From assembly GCF_009914755.1 (NCBI RefSeq), contig NC_060925.1: a stretch of DNA of 64,000 bases; one strand, 5' to 3'. Under the pieces are notes generated by a model that ran no database searches, was not told where the DNA came from, and was given only the letters and a program-made list of their open reading frames with translations. The position numbers and the translations under genes were made by a program. Within the stretch, counting starts at the first letter, position 1; every line of letters begins with the position of its first letter. Source of the DNA: the human T2T-CHM13v2.0 reference genome, Homo sapiens. Shown here one piece after another: positions 28,098 through 53,940 of this stretch.

Positions 28098-28522
28098 TGA
28101 CACCAGCCTGTGCTCGGGGCTTCGGAGGCCCTTCTGTAGCACTCTGGAGACTCCTTCCCTCAGCTGCATTTGGGATCTGGCACCCAGATCAGGAAGTGTT
28201 TTACAGAGTCTCCAGGAGTGAGGGTGTGGGCCAGCAAAGCCCACTGTCGCGGGTCCCAGGGAGAGAGGAGCATCCGCCTCCAACATCCTATCAGAGGACT
28301 GGAGGCTGAGGGGTCTCAGGGCTGGTTCTAGGCTCCGAGGCTGCAGTGCCTTCTCTGTCCTTTCGTTCCTTCCCTTGAATAGCCAGAACACTGACCTAGG
28401 GCGGGCTGCCTCAGCCCCGACACTCACCAGGACAGGGCGGAGTGTGGCCTGTCCCAGATGCCTGTGCCCCCTACCCCCAGGGGCTCCCCATGAGCCGGCA
28501 CCTTTCCCAGGCCTCTGGCTGA

Positions 28523-29050
<528 letters not shown>

Positions 29051-29686
29051 TTCAGAAATCCCGGCTGAGAGCCAGAGATGAAGCTGTTAGCCCTGGCCCC
29101 TCTACTTCTGGCCTTGACCTTGGACAGTTCACTTCCTCTCTAGATCTGAATTTCCACATCCATAAGTGGAGAGGAGGATCCCCTGCCCCACTAAGTAGTT
29201 TCCAAAGAAACAAACTGCATTCTGAGATCAGAAAGAACTTGGAAAAGCCAAAGGGCTGGGCAGATGCTGAAGGGTCTTGTGATAACCCTTAGCATTTCCT
29301 TGCTCTGCATGCGTGCTGCGGAAGTCCAGGTTTGAGGAGGAAAGAACAGGCTCGGAACAGCTTGCCAGGAGACCTGGATTCAGGTCATGGTTCTGCTACT
29401 TAGGAGCTGAGGCCTGTCAGGGCTTCAGTTTCCTTATCTCTAGAAAGAGAGAGATGAACATTCTCCCAATTTCACTATTTAGTGATTCTGCTTTATTTAA
29501 ATATGACAGCAACTCTGTAAGGCAGAGACAACCAGGGAGATTAAGGTACTTGCCCAAGAACATCCAGCAAGTTAGTGGTGGAACCAGACAGGGATCAGAG
29601 GCTCCTGACGCCCTGAGCAGTGCTCTTTCCACCTTGGAGGGAACTGAGTCACAGCGGGTGGAGGGATGTAGGGAGGGATGTGTTAG

Positions 29687-29920
<234 letters not shown>

Positions 29921-30095
29921 TAGGGCACCAACCCAGGATGGGGGTGGAGGTGAGCACGGGATAGCCCTGAAGCTGGGTGGGACTTGATGGGAGGTCAAAG
30001 GTCACAGGTCGGGGCAGTCCTGAGGGAGATGGTCAGGAGGGCTGGGATATAAAAATCAAAAGGCCTCTCGGGTGAGCCACATTTTAGGGGCCCTA

Positions 30096-30414
<319 letters not shown>

Positions 30415-31154
30415 TCATAAGCATCCACTCACCCTAGTGTTGCCCATCAGGCAGGGCGGAGGGCAGGTAACAGGGGAAGCTCAGCATCAATTCTCTATCC
30501 AATGAATATTTGCCCATCACCTACTAAATGGCCAGCATTGTGCCAGGAAGTAGGTAAATCAATCCTGGTCTCTGCCCTTGAGAAACTTATAGTCTGAGAT
30601 AGCATTTTCTATCTGAGACCTGTGGTCTTGGGAACATGGAGTGTATTGAGAGATGCCAACAGACATTCTGAGAACAGGAACAGCAAAAAATGTCTGTGAT
30701 TAAAGATGTGTATGATGTGAGCTTTTGATGTTTCCAAGTCCTGCAGGGGAAAAAAACCTGTCTAACCTTGATCCAAATCTAGCTTTTTCACAAAATACCT
30801 ATTAAAAGCGTCACTCCAAGGCGTACAGCTTAGAAAATGCTGCTCTGTATTTCTCATCCCCTAATCAGGTTGCCTACGCCAAGTCCTCTAGGGAGCAGCA
30901 CATTTCTGGCACTTGACGGATGGGCCAGGTGGTCAACACCTGGAGAGCATCTCTGTGCCCCACAGGGCCCAGCCCACTGCAGGTGTTCAGGCTGTTTGAA
31001 TGAACCCAACAAGACCGAAACATTCTGTACATTTCATTGTTCAAGTGGTATCTGAGTTTTAGTCCTAGGAAGGGCAGGACATGGAATGGAGGGATGGGGG
31101 AGGAAAGCCGGCCCATGCAACTTACTCCTTGCAAATGGACCAAGCCTGTCCTAT

Positions 31155-31735
31155 CTTTTCTTTTCTTCTCTGTTCTTTTCTTTTCTTTCTCTCTCTCTTT
31201 CCTTCTTTCTCTCTCTCCTTCTCTCTTTCTTTCTTTTTTCTGTCTGTCTGTCATTCTTTCTTTCTCTCTCTCTCTCCCCCTTCCTCCCTCCCTGTCTTCT
31301 TTCTTTCTCTTTCTGTTCTTTTTTTTTCCTTTCTTTCTCTTTTTCTTTCTTTCTTTCTCTCTCCCCCTTCCTCCCTCCCTCTCTTCTTTCTTTCTCTCTC
31401 TCCCCCTTCCTCCCTCCCTCTCTTCTTTCTATCCCTTTCTTTCTCTCTCTCTCTCTCTCTAACAGGGTCCACTCTTTTACCCAGGCTGGAATGCAGTGAT
31501 GCAATCTCGGCTCACTGCAGCCTTGAACTCCTGGCCTCAAGCAATCCTCCTGCCTCAGCCTCTTAAGCAGCTGGAACTATGAGCATGTGCCACCACACCC
31601 TGCTAATTTATCTTTTTGTAGAGACAGGGTCTCACTATATTGCCCAGGCTGGTCTTGAACTCCTGCTTTCAAGCTATCCTCCTGCCTCGGCCTCCTAAAG
31701 TGCTGGGATTACAGGCATGAGCCATGGGCCCACAG
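31155..31735 (-). mobile_element. AluJ (31461-31735) preceded by ~300-bp CT-rich low-complexity tract
   Basis: Pyrimidine tract 31155-31460 with repeated CTCTCCCCCTTCCTCCCTCCCT; Alu reverse complement. Confidence 0.85.
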
Positions 31736-31814
31736 CCTGTTAATCTCTTTTATCAGTGGTGGGAAGTAGAGACAATAGATAGGATAAGCAGTGTCTAACA
31801 GTAGCCACAGCAAT

Positions 31815-32175
31815 CACTACATTTTCTGGATTCTTGCTGCTAAGCAAGGCCCATGGCCCAGCAACATCATCTTATTAGAACTTATGAGAAATGCTGAATC
31901 TCAGGCCTCACCCCAGACCTACTGAATCAGGGTCTATATTTTTTACAAAAATCCCCAGGTAACTTCTATACTAATTAAAGTTTGAGAAGTACTGCCCTAG
32001 CCCAGTGGTTTTCAAACTTCATTGCATATGTAGAAACACCTGGAAAACTCTTAAAAATGTTGATGCCTAGACTGCACCCCAGACTAATTAAATCAGAATC
32101 TCTGGGGTGGCATCTAGGTGCCAGTATTTTTAAGCTCACCAGGTGATTCCAACGTGCAGCCAGACTTGAGGGCCA
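31815..32175. mobile_element. MER5-like hAT DNA transposon relics
   Basis: gaatctcaggcctcaccccagacctactgaatcag; cagtggttttcaaact...ccaggtgattcc. Confidence 0.6.
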
Positions 32176-32633
32176 GAGCCCTTTCACACTCATTGTGCTT
32201 TTTGCTTGTTCTAAAACCTCTGTGGGTAGGTGGGGCTATTATTATTGTTCTCATGTAATAAGTGGAGAACAAGAAGCCTGCACTGAGTACCCAAAAGGCA
32301 GAGTCGTGACTCTAAGAGCTTAGAATCCAGAATAAAAACACATGGAAGTCTAGTCATACGGGATAATGGAACCCAAGAGGTCATCAACTAAAATATCAGT
32401 TTTCAGGAATTACAGAAGGATAGTTAGGAGAAGGCGTTTGGCAGGTTGGTGAATGAATGAGGGGAATGAGTTGAGGGAGGCTTCCTGGTGGAGGTGGCCT
32501 GGGATCTGTGTGCATAACGGAGACAAAGTGCTGGTTACAGTAAGAATTTGGAACAAGGTAGGTGCTTCAGGAAGAATCTAAAGGCAGAATTGCTAAGTGA
32601 AAACAATTCCCAGTCTCCCACAAGGAAGGCTAA

Positions 32634-33050
<417 letters not shown>

Positions 33051-33973
33051 TAAGAGGGGGCCCCTGAGTAGCCGCAATGCACTTACTAAGCCAGGATCCC
33101 CACCCTCAGTTTCAGGAAGTAACATTTATTGAGCACCTACTAGGTGCTAGGTACTGGGCTAGGCAGTCCCTTCTTAGAAATGTTTTCTCATTACGACTCA
33201 TAACTATACTACAATATTAATGTTTTTATTCCGAAGTTACAGAGAAGGAAACTGAGGTTCAAGGTACTTTGCCCTAGTTGTCACTAATGGTATGTGGTAC
33301 AGCCAGGATTTAAACCTGGAGACTCCAAAGTTGATGTTCTGTAGGAGAGAGAGTGGCTGCTTCCCGGGCATGGCCTTCGAAGGCCCAAGGGCCGCTCAGC
33401 TCCCATGGTTCACGTTCAGAATGGGACATGCCCAGCTCCCCGTTATTATTGAAAAGAGGATTGTCTTTCCCTTTGGGCTTTAACCACCACAAGCACCTGA
33501 TCTGCCTTTGACCCAAGCTGACACTGGGCCACCCCAGCTGACCCTAGTCATCACTATGGCAGTAGGGAGTCACAAACACAGCACACGGAGTCCAAAGTCC
33601 CAGAATCTTGTCCTGGCTCTCTCCCGAACAAGGTGTGACCTCAGGCAAGTCATTTCCTGTCTTAGATTGGTGTTTATCTCATCTGCAAAACATAAGCGCT
33701 CTGCCACATATCTGCATCTTCCTCTGTTCCAGCCTAGTCCACCCCTCTCCCTGCAGGGTTCCTTTCTCAGCTCCTGTCCCTCCCCGGCTAGCATCTCCCC
33801 ATCAGCCCCTGGGGTCTCCCCTGAAGATTCTGCTCCCAGCTGTACTCCAGTCCTTTAGAGGCCCCAGTATGTTGGGATCTCAGCATCAATCCGACTGGCC
33901 CAGTCTTCCCCTCCAGCCCTACCTTGCTGGGGACCTGGGGCTGGGGTCCAACTGTGAGGGAGGAGGGAGGTAA

Positions 33974-34186
<213 letters not shown>

Positions 34187-34593
34187 TAGTCAGTGCTTGT
34201 GGAAATCACTGACTGGGCTTGTGGAAATCAGGTGAGAGACATGAGGCAGGAAGGATTCAGGTCCTCCTTGAAGGTACTGCCCTCACTTGGCGGCTGGGTG
34301 GCCATTCTGCTCCAGGCCTGCAAATCCCTCTAGTGGTAGCTTCAGCTACTGCACCTCCAAACTAAGGCTCTTCGGTTCTCCACCTCTCCTAGTCTGGGAA
34401 TTCAGGGAGCCGGTCGTGCAGATGATCCCCTTTGACTTCACAATGTATTTTTGTGCAAGCACATGACCTATATTTGACTCAGGGTGATCCTTAACCAACA
34501 CCAACACCACCTGACTTTACAACAGTAGGGTGGTGGCTAAAAGTACAAACTGCCTGGGTTCAAATTTTGATGTCATCACTCACAGCCGTTTGA

Positions 34594-34933
<340 letters not shown>

Positions 34934-35666
34934 AGAACAAATATCTTAACATCTCTGTGTTTCACCTTCCTCATCTGTCAAAAGGGGATAATAATAGTAA
35001 CCTACCTCAAAGGTCTGAGGGTTCAAGGAATTAATATATTGAAAGTGTATATGTAGGGCCTGGCATATGACAGCACCCAATATGTTTTAATATTATTATT
35101 GTTTAAAATCATCATCATCTGTGTAGGAATTCAAACCAGTCTATCTTACTCTAAATGACTTGTTCTTAACCACAATAATGACAATGATAATGATGGCAAA
35201 AATATTTAATGCACATTGAGTAGTTACCATGTCCTAGGCCTTGTTCTCTCTGCTTTCCGTGTATTTATTATTAACGCCTTAAATTCTCAGAACAATCCTG
35301 TGAGGTCAGTTAGTGACTATCAGCATCTTCGTTTGACTCTGGTGCCCACCGTGCCCTGTACTGAGGGCCCCGTAGGGAGTTGACGGCATGGTCACCAAGC
35401 AGCTGGGCTGGCCTTCCCACCCTGCTCAGGGTCACCACAGTTCAAGGCCAGGACACCGCAATCTTCCTCCTAGACTATTGCCAAATTATCTCCTACATGG
35501 TCTTGGCTGCCAGGGTGGTTAACACTCCCCTCCCCACACATCCCTTCTCATTCCCATCCCACCCCCTGCCATGTGAATCCAGAACTCATTATGCTTTCCT
35601 GCTCAGAATCTGACAACAGCGGCTCCTGGCTGAGAGGATAATGTCCAGATGTCTGTAGAGGTGTGA

Positions 35667-36293
<627 letters not shown>

Positions 36294-36570
36294 TAGAAAG
36301 GACCCCGGAAGATCCCCTGGGGACTTCCATTGTCCTTCTGCCTCAGGAGCCTAGAGACAGTCATGTCATGTCTCCTCTCCAACCTCAGTTATCCTTCCCG
36401 TTGAGTCAGTGAGCAGAGGCGGTTACCACTGTTACATCACTCCAAAGACCCAGGGGACAAAATTGTCTGCAGCCGTTGCACAGGATAAAGGCTTTCCTCC
36501 CCAGCTGTGGCTCCACACAGCCCCTGCCCTGGAGGAGCTTCTGGATATCCAGAAATGATCAAATAGACTA

Positions 36571-36919
<349 letters not shown>

Positions 36920-37059
36920 CTAGAGATAACTGTGGACCGCTGGCCAAGCTTACTCTGGGTCCAGCTACTTGTGTGGCAAGACTGCGTTCCCCAGGACCCT
37001 CAGAAGTCCTGGGACCTGGAGGGGGCTGGTAGCAGCCCTGCTGGGTCCCCTCCACGTGA

Positions 37060-37512
<453 letters not shown>

Positions 37513-38064
37513 TAACAGCCAGCAGCCCCGAGCTGCTGCTCCTCCCGCTCCTGCCTCACACCCACCTGTACTGGCATCCTCTGCACCCCTGACCTCCGTG
37601 GGAAGAATGAGATTGGTGTGGGTGTTTTGGTGTCTGAGGTGCCTTTGGGAGGATTTTCAAAAGCAGCCACAGACAATAAGGCAAATAGAGGTTAATGTTT
37701 CTCTGAAAACAAAGTGTATATTTTACCGCAAAGTAGATGTGGACCTTAAGATCAGTCACAGAAAAGCAGGCTATAAAATCAAATCAAGGTTTCATTTTCA
37801 TAAAATACAAAAATTTCAGGAAAGCTCTACACCAGAATGTCAGCTATAGTCATCTATAGGTAGTGAGATTATGATTTGGTTTTTATTCTTTCTCCTTTGA
37901 TTCTCTGTGTATTCTAATTGTCCACAGTGAATGTGTATTAGCTACAAAAAAAAATCCATAAAGAATTTTAGGAAAAGGATAGAATGAGGCAAGCCTTGGG
38001 GTCCAAATTTGCAGGCAAGATGTGGCAGGAAATCCCAGATAAGGCCTACATGGTAGCTTCATGA

Positions 38065-38598
<534 letters not shown>

Positions 38599-38625
38599 TG
38601 ACTCTATGAACTTTCAGCTATTTAA

Positions 38626-39009
<384 letters not shown>

Positions 39010-39646
39010 TGAGGTATTTGAACTTGGTGAGCAACTCTTGATTGAAGGGCTGTGTACTGCTCACCTAAGCTTCCCAGTGGGGCCACGCTACACATTGCAG
39101 GCTGAGAGATGAACAGGCATCCGTATAGCTGTTTCTTAAGTATGTCAAGATATGAACACTTAGTGCCTAGAAAGCCATGCTGATTCTCTCATTGGTAGTC
39201 TCCTTTTCAGTAGCACAGATATATATGTTAATAAAGGTTTTTCCTTCGATAGTACTTAAAACACCTTATATTTTGAATAGCAATAAAAGGCAAGCCTCAA
39301 TTGACCTTTGTGGAAAAACGGCCCCTTTGCACTGGAGCAGAGCATCTCTCCTCTCTGTAGCACCTGTGCTTAGGCATTTAGGAAGCCACTCTCGAAACAC
39401 CCCAGCTTGTGTACACATGTAGTCCCGGAACGAAGATGGCATTGGGGGTGATTATGGTTCCCCAAGGGGCCAGCAAAGGGCTTTGCCCAAGCTTAGAGAG
39501 CACGTGGTGGCTCCAGATTTGAACCCACACCCCCTGATGGCAGAGCCTGTAGTCTAAGCCCCATTCTGAGTTTTCTTCACCACTGAACAGATGCAGGGTG
39601 GGGTGGCTGCCCCTCTGAACCAACTGGAATATCCTGTGTCTTGCAG

Positions 39647-39660
39647 AACCCAGCACCTAG
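39647..39660 (+). CDS. IGFN1: IGFN1 exon 24 coding part (EPST*), followed by 3' UTR
   Basis: ttgcag|AACCCAGCACCTAG. Confidence 0.88.
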
Positions 39661-40187
39661 CCTCACCTCACCCTGGGATGGTCCTGGACCCTTGAAGCTT
39701 CACTTCCGACACCTGCACTGGCCCGGGAAGCCAATCCCAAGGATGGAGGCTGTGCCCAGAGCCCCAGGAAAATGGGAGTGAGAAGATGCCTGGCGAGGTT
39801 TTGGCCAGGAGGACGTGAAGTCCTTGGGGAAGAAAAACAAGGGAGGAGGGCATTCCACCTCCTGGCTCCAAGCTAAGTCACTCAACAGAATGACAGCGAA
39901 CCTCCTGGACCCTCACCATATGGGTTTCTTTCTTCTTCGCTTCAGGAGATCCAGAGGGCACCTGCCTGCAGGATGGGCCGGCTCCTTATTTTCCTGGGCT
40001 GAGCCGTTTGGAGGGAGGGTGGGCACAGCTGGGCCTGCTGTGACCACTGGGAGGGAAGAGGAGAGGAGGTCAGAGGACCTGGGTGAGGACTAGGGCATCA
40101 AGGTCGTGTGTGTGGGTGGGGGCAGCCTCCACCTCCTGGATTCAAGAGATTCCAGGGGTGCAGCAAGTGCTTTCTATGCGTTTCTTC

Positions 40188-40193
40188 ATTAAA
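40188..40193 (+). terminator. Polyadenylation signal ATTAAA of IGFN1
   Basis: Common variant hexamer ~530 nt after the stop, with GT-rich sequence downstream (~40232-40250). Confidence 0.7.
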
Positions 40194-42380
40194 ACATTAG
40201 GCTAATACAGGCAGATCATTGGCAAATTTACTTGGGGTGGGTGTGTTGGAGGAAAGATTTCCAAAGCGGAGCCTTTATTCCAGGCTTCAGTTGGGAGGAT
40301 GGGTGGGTTCTGGATGGAGGAAGAACGGGCTCAGAACTGGACTCTTCTCCTGCAGCCCAGGCCTACATAGTTGATTGCAAGGGCGAGAAAGCCAAGAAGG
40401 GTTAGAGGGTAATGGAGAGGCTTCTCTTCCTCCTGGCCTGTGTTTCCTGCACTCTTCTGACTGGCAGAAATCCTGTGAGCAGCAGGGCTGGAGGCCTCCC
40501 CAGGTGTTACGTGTGTGGGGACCACAGGGCTGGGGTTGCCTAGGGTTGGCCTATGTCCGTCACTCCCCGGGACCAGAAAGAGTCTGAGTTGGGGAGAATC
40601 CTACTCCAGGATCTATGCCCCTGTCAGAAGGGGAAGAAAGAGGCTCTCAAGTGCATGAGGGTGACTCTCACTCAAGGCTGCATGAGGCCTCCTCACCTTC
40701 TTCACAGTCCCCACTGCCCCATGTCACAGGAGGGATGGGATGCCTCCCTTTCCCAGGTGGGTCACCCCACCACTGCCCCCAGAACTCTTGCACTCCATTA
40801 TCCTCAAGGCATGGCCCCCAAACTCTCAGGCTCCCAGGAAATATTCCAGAGTTTCCAGGAGCCAAAAGAAAGGAAGGAGCCCCGGGGAAGGCTGAACCCC
40901 ACTCTCTCCCAGGGCATCAGCTCTGAGGCCCAGCAGGTGACCCGATGAGCTAGAACACTGTCTGCCCTTCACTCCCTCTGCTCAGATCCTGGCTTCTGCT
41001 TCCCTCAGCCTCCCTTTGCCACTAACTGCAGGTCAGATGCATGAAGGAAGGAGGGTGAATCACAGGAGGAAGGGTTAATGCCAAAAATCTATTTCTGAAG
41101 AGTGAGAATATGTGACCAAGGGAAGGTTCTCTGAACCGGAGAGAGAACTGTTCACCTAAAATAGACCAAGAGTGTCCCCCAGAGGCAGGGACACACACCA
41201 GACAACCTTTTATAGCTCATTCCTTCCCCTACCAAAGAAACCTGCATGAGCTGTTTTCCTTGGAATTTCTCTTGTTATCTCTACCTTGCTAACACAGCAG
41301 GCCAACACCATGGCCATAGGAAAAGAAGGAAGTTCTTAGAAACTGAGAGGCAGTGGCTGGACACCTCAGCCTGTGTGGGGCAGTTCTCATGAGTTCTTTC
41401 CATGCTGCACGGTCCTGGAGTTGAAGGAGGGCAGGGCCTCAGGCCAATAGTCTGTGGTTTCAGAAATGCAGAGAAGAGGTCGTTTGCACAGAGGGGGTGA
41501 CCCAGTGCCTGTGGCATGCCTAGCTCTGAGCAGACACTCATATTGAGGATGAGAAGAGAGACCTTTCTGTACCTCTAAGGGTGGGCTACAGGGGACTGAC
41601 CTATTGAGGCAATATAAGGACAAAAGACTATAACTCATGATGGCTTCATAAGACACCTTCATTTTTTTTTTATGAGCCTGGATCAGGCACTGTGGAGGCG
41701 GAGATGAAGATGACTCAGATATGAGTCCTATAGCCAAGGGATCCATGGCAGGGACGCAAGACTTGAATACCAAGAGCCATAATCCAAGGTAGCCTGTGAT
41801 GCATATTCTAAGAAAGGCACCAATAAAGTCTAGAGGAGTTCAGAGGAGGAGAGATGCTGCAGACTGAGAACCTCAAGGAGGGCTTCGTAAAGTGGTAACA
41901 TGCTTGAGGGAAAAGTAGCAACTGGACAGGCAGGAATGGGCAAGGGTGTATCACGGTGGAGAACACCATGAGCAAAGGCAAGGAGGTAGGGAAGCACAAA
42001 TTGGGTTCGAGGGCTGGCAAATGGTTCAGATTAGACAATTCAGGGTGACCTATGTAGCTATCACAGCCCTTTGGTCTAATGCCAAAGGGAAACATTCTAG
42101 GACCAAATTTACAGGTGCATGTGTGCTCTGGGCGCCAACCACGATGGAGGTGGAGTTCCTGCCCTTGGAGGCCTGGGACAGTGGAAAGCAGTTGTCTCTT
42201 TTGGCAGTGGACAGCAGAGTGCCAATATCCTGGGGCAGGCCAAGTTAGGTGTCCCTGGGAGGGGCTAGCATACTTCTGTAACTGGGGTGGGATATGAAGA
42301 CAAAAGGAATGGTCATGGCATTTTCATTCATTTCCACACAAAGCCAAACAAAGTCCCTGCCAGTCAAGTATAGAATCTGA

Positions 42381-44568
<2,188 letters not shown>

Positions 44569-44679
44569 GCATCTAAGTATAAGTTTAAGGGTTTAAAGAC
44601 TAGTTCCACTACTAACTAGTTGTGCAAGATCTTTAACCTATCTATGCCTTGTTCCTCATTTGTAAATTAAGAATAGGAG

Positions 44680-45320
44680 TTGCCTAATCAAGGTCACAAA
44701 GATTTTTCTCCTGTTTTCTTCTAGAAGTGTTATGGTTTTACTTCTTGCATTTCATTCTATGCATTTTAAGTTAATTTTTGTATGTGGTGTGTGTGGTGTG
44801 AGGTATTAAGAGTCAAGCTGGGGGATTTTTTTTGTCAGAGTTTCTTTTTCTCCATTGAATTACCTTGGAATGCTTGTTGAAAGTCAATTGACCATACATG
44901 TGTGGGTCGTCTTAGACTCTTTATTACTTACTCCTCTTCTATTTTCTGGAAAAGTTTGTTTAGAGTTGATGTTACATCTTCGTTAAATGTTTGGTAGAAT
45001 TTACCAATAAAGCCACTGGACCTGGAGTTTTGTTTGTGGGAAGGATTTGACCTCAGATTCAATTTTTTCAACAAATATATAGGGCTATCCAAGCTACCAG
45101 TGACTTCCTGAATGAACTTTGATAACTTGCGACTTTTAAAGAATTTGTCAATTTCATCTACATTGTTGAATTTGTTGGTACAAAGTTGTTTATAATATTC
45201 CCTTATAATCATTTTACTATCTGTAGGCTCTGTAGTGATATCCTCTTTCATTCTTCATAGTAGAAACATGTATCTTCTTTTTATTCTTAATCTGTTACCT
45301 CATTATCTTTTCTCACTTAT
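44680..45320 (-). mobile_element. Ancient L1M ORF2 fragments
   Basis: ORF 44928-45251 (-) DITTEPTD...IIREYYKQL...LNKLFQKIEEE is degenerate L1 ORF2. Confidence 0.75.
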
Positions 45321-45321
45321 C

Positions 45322-51523
<6,202 letters not shown>

Positions 51524-53940
51524 TTAGTTATCTTTTGACTTGCAATTTTTGTTGAAATGTCAGCTATCATTCTTATCTTTGTTCTTAGGTACAAAGAACA
51601 CTTCTCTCTGCTTTTAATATTTTCTCCTTATCAGCAATTTAATTACAATATATCTTGGAGGGATTTTCTTTGTGATTATTCACCTTGTGGGGTTGTTGAA
51701 AGTCAATTGACCGTATGTGTGGGTCTACTTTTAGACTCTTTATTACTTACTCCTCTTCTATTTTCTGGAAAAGTTTGTATAGAGTTATGTTGTATCTTCC
51801 TTAAGTGTTTGGTAGAATTTACTAATAAAACCCCTGGGCCTGGGGTTTTCTTTGTTGGGAAGGATTTGTGGGTTGTAATTTTCATCAAATTTAGAAATGT
51901 TTGGCTATTATTTATTCAAATATTTTTCTGTACCTCTACTTTTGTGGCTCCAATTTCACTTAGGTTAGAATGCTTGACATTTGAACACAGCTCATTAGGG
52001 CTCTATTCTTTTTGTTTGTTTGTTTTTCATTCCATTTTTCTCTGTGCTTCAATAGCTATGTATTGAAGTTCATTGAATTTTTTTCTTCTGCAGTGTCTAA
52101 ACTACTGGTGATCTCATTTTGTATGTTTTTCATTTCAGATGCTGTATCCTTTAAATCTCTAGAACTTCTAGAGATTTAAAGGTATGTATCTTTTGTTTCT
52201 CTTACCATATTGACGTGTTTCTACCTTCTTGAGTTTATGGAGCACATTTTTAACGGTGGTTTTAATATCCTTGTCTGCTGATTCTACCATCTCTGGGTAA
52301 TTTCTGGATATATTTATTTTGATGGATTTTCTCCTGGTAATGGGACATGTATTCATCATTGACATGCCTGGTAATGTTTTATTTTATGCCTGGCATTGTG
52401 CATTTACACTGTTATATCTTTGATTTTGTTGCATTCCTTTAAATAGTGTTGGTCTTTGTTCTGGCACACAGTTAAGCTTCTTGGAATCAGTTGGATCCTT
52501 TAAGGCTTATTTCACCAAAGGTCCTACTTCACGTCCCTCTACCCCTTTCATTAAAATTGATAAACTCGAAAGTGTTGGTGATGACACAACACTCACTTGA
52601 CACTCAGGATTTGTGCTACCAGTTTATTTTTGGCCTCTGAGGATTTTCCTTTCTTTCTTGCAATCTCAGCTATGCATTTAAAATTACATTTAAAAATATT
52701 TTATCTAGCATTTTTTAGGTGTTTTGCAGCACTGGGTTTTCAGGATATTTTTTTCCATTATATTGCTAGAAACAGAAGGCTCCTAACCTATCATGTTTGT
52801 TAACTTAACCTATGGTGCTTTTTAGTAAACAAAAATCATTAATTTGGATGTAGCAAAATCCATTATTCTTTTTCTTTATAGTTTGTGCGTGTGTGTGTAT
52901 ATATGTGTGTGTTGCAAGGGAGTTTTGTTTAAGAAATTCTTCCCAACCCAAAGTCACAAAGATATCCCACTACATTTCCTTCAGTTAGCTGTTTTACCTT
53001 CACATTTAGGTCTTTAATTTGTTTGTAGTTCACCTTCATAAATGGATTGAAGTAGAAGCTATCTTTATTTCTCTCCATTTAGTGATCTAGTTTTCCTAAT
53101 GCTATTCAATAGTCTCTTCTGTTAACACCGGAGAAAGTTCTCCTATATAATTTTGTATGTTTCCGGTCTCTGTATTCTGTTATTTGGTCCATTTCCTGTT
53201 TCCACATCAGTAGTATAGTGGTGTAATTTTTAGTATGACTTCATGTCTGATAGATTAGATCCCTCTTTTGGGTTTTCTTTTACAAAATTAGCATGGCTAT
53301 TTGTAGAACTTTATTTTTTCAATATTGACTTTAGTATAAGTTTGGGTTTTAAAAAATACTGCTGGAATTTTCAATGAGATTGCATTGATTTAATGTAATC
53401 AAAGGGGATAATGGACAAATTTACAATATTCAGTTATTCTACTGATGAGTGAGATTTAACCTCTTCACTTATTCAAGTCTTTTAAAAGACTTTATTAAAT
53501 GTCTTTTATTAAATGCCCTTTATTAAATTTTACATTTTCCCTACGAATGTGATGTGCCTCCTTTGTTAGAGTAATTCCTAGCTACTTTGTAGCTTTTGTA
53601 ACTACTATGAATGACATTCTATTGTCTACTCTATTTTTTGTTGGTTATTGATGGTGTAAAACAATGATATTGATTTTTTAAAAGTTAATCTTGTATTCAG
53701 CAATTTTGCTGAACTTATTCATTATAATAGTTTGTTAAATCTTTTCAGTGTCTAAATATTTTATCATATCATCTGCAAAAATACAGTTTTATTTCTTCTC
53801 TTCCTGTTTTTTACACCCTAATTTTCTTCACCTATTGCATTGACTACTGCTTCCAACACTGTATTGAACTGTTGCGTGGATAACAGGCATCCCTGTATCG
53901 TTTACCATGTTAAAGGAATGCATCTACCGTTTCGTTATTT
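51524..53940 (-). mobile_element. Ancient L1M fragments
   Basis: AT-rich, degenerate L1-like motifs (e.g. KKTPGP in ORF 51703-51888). Confidence 0.6.

Noticed and set aside
30874-31566. Several ORFs rich in E/R/K or S/L/F
   Set aside because: Artefacts of the CT-rich low-complexity tract
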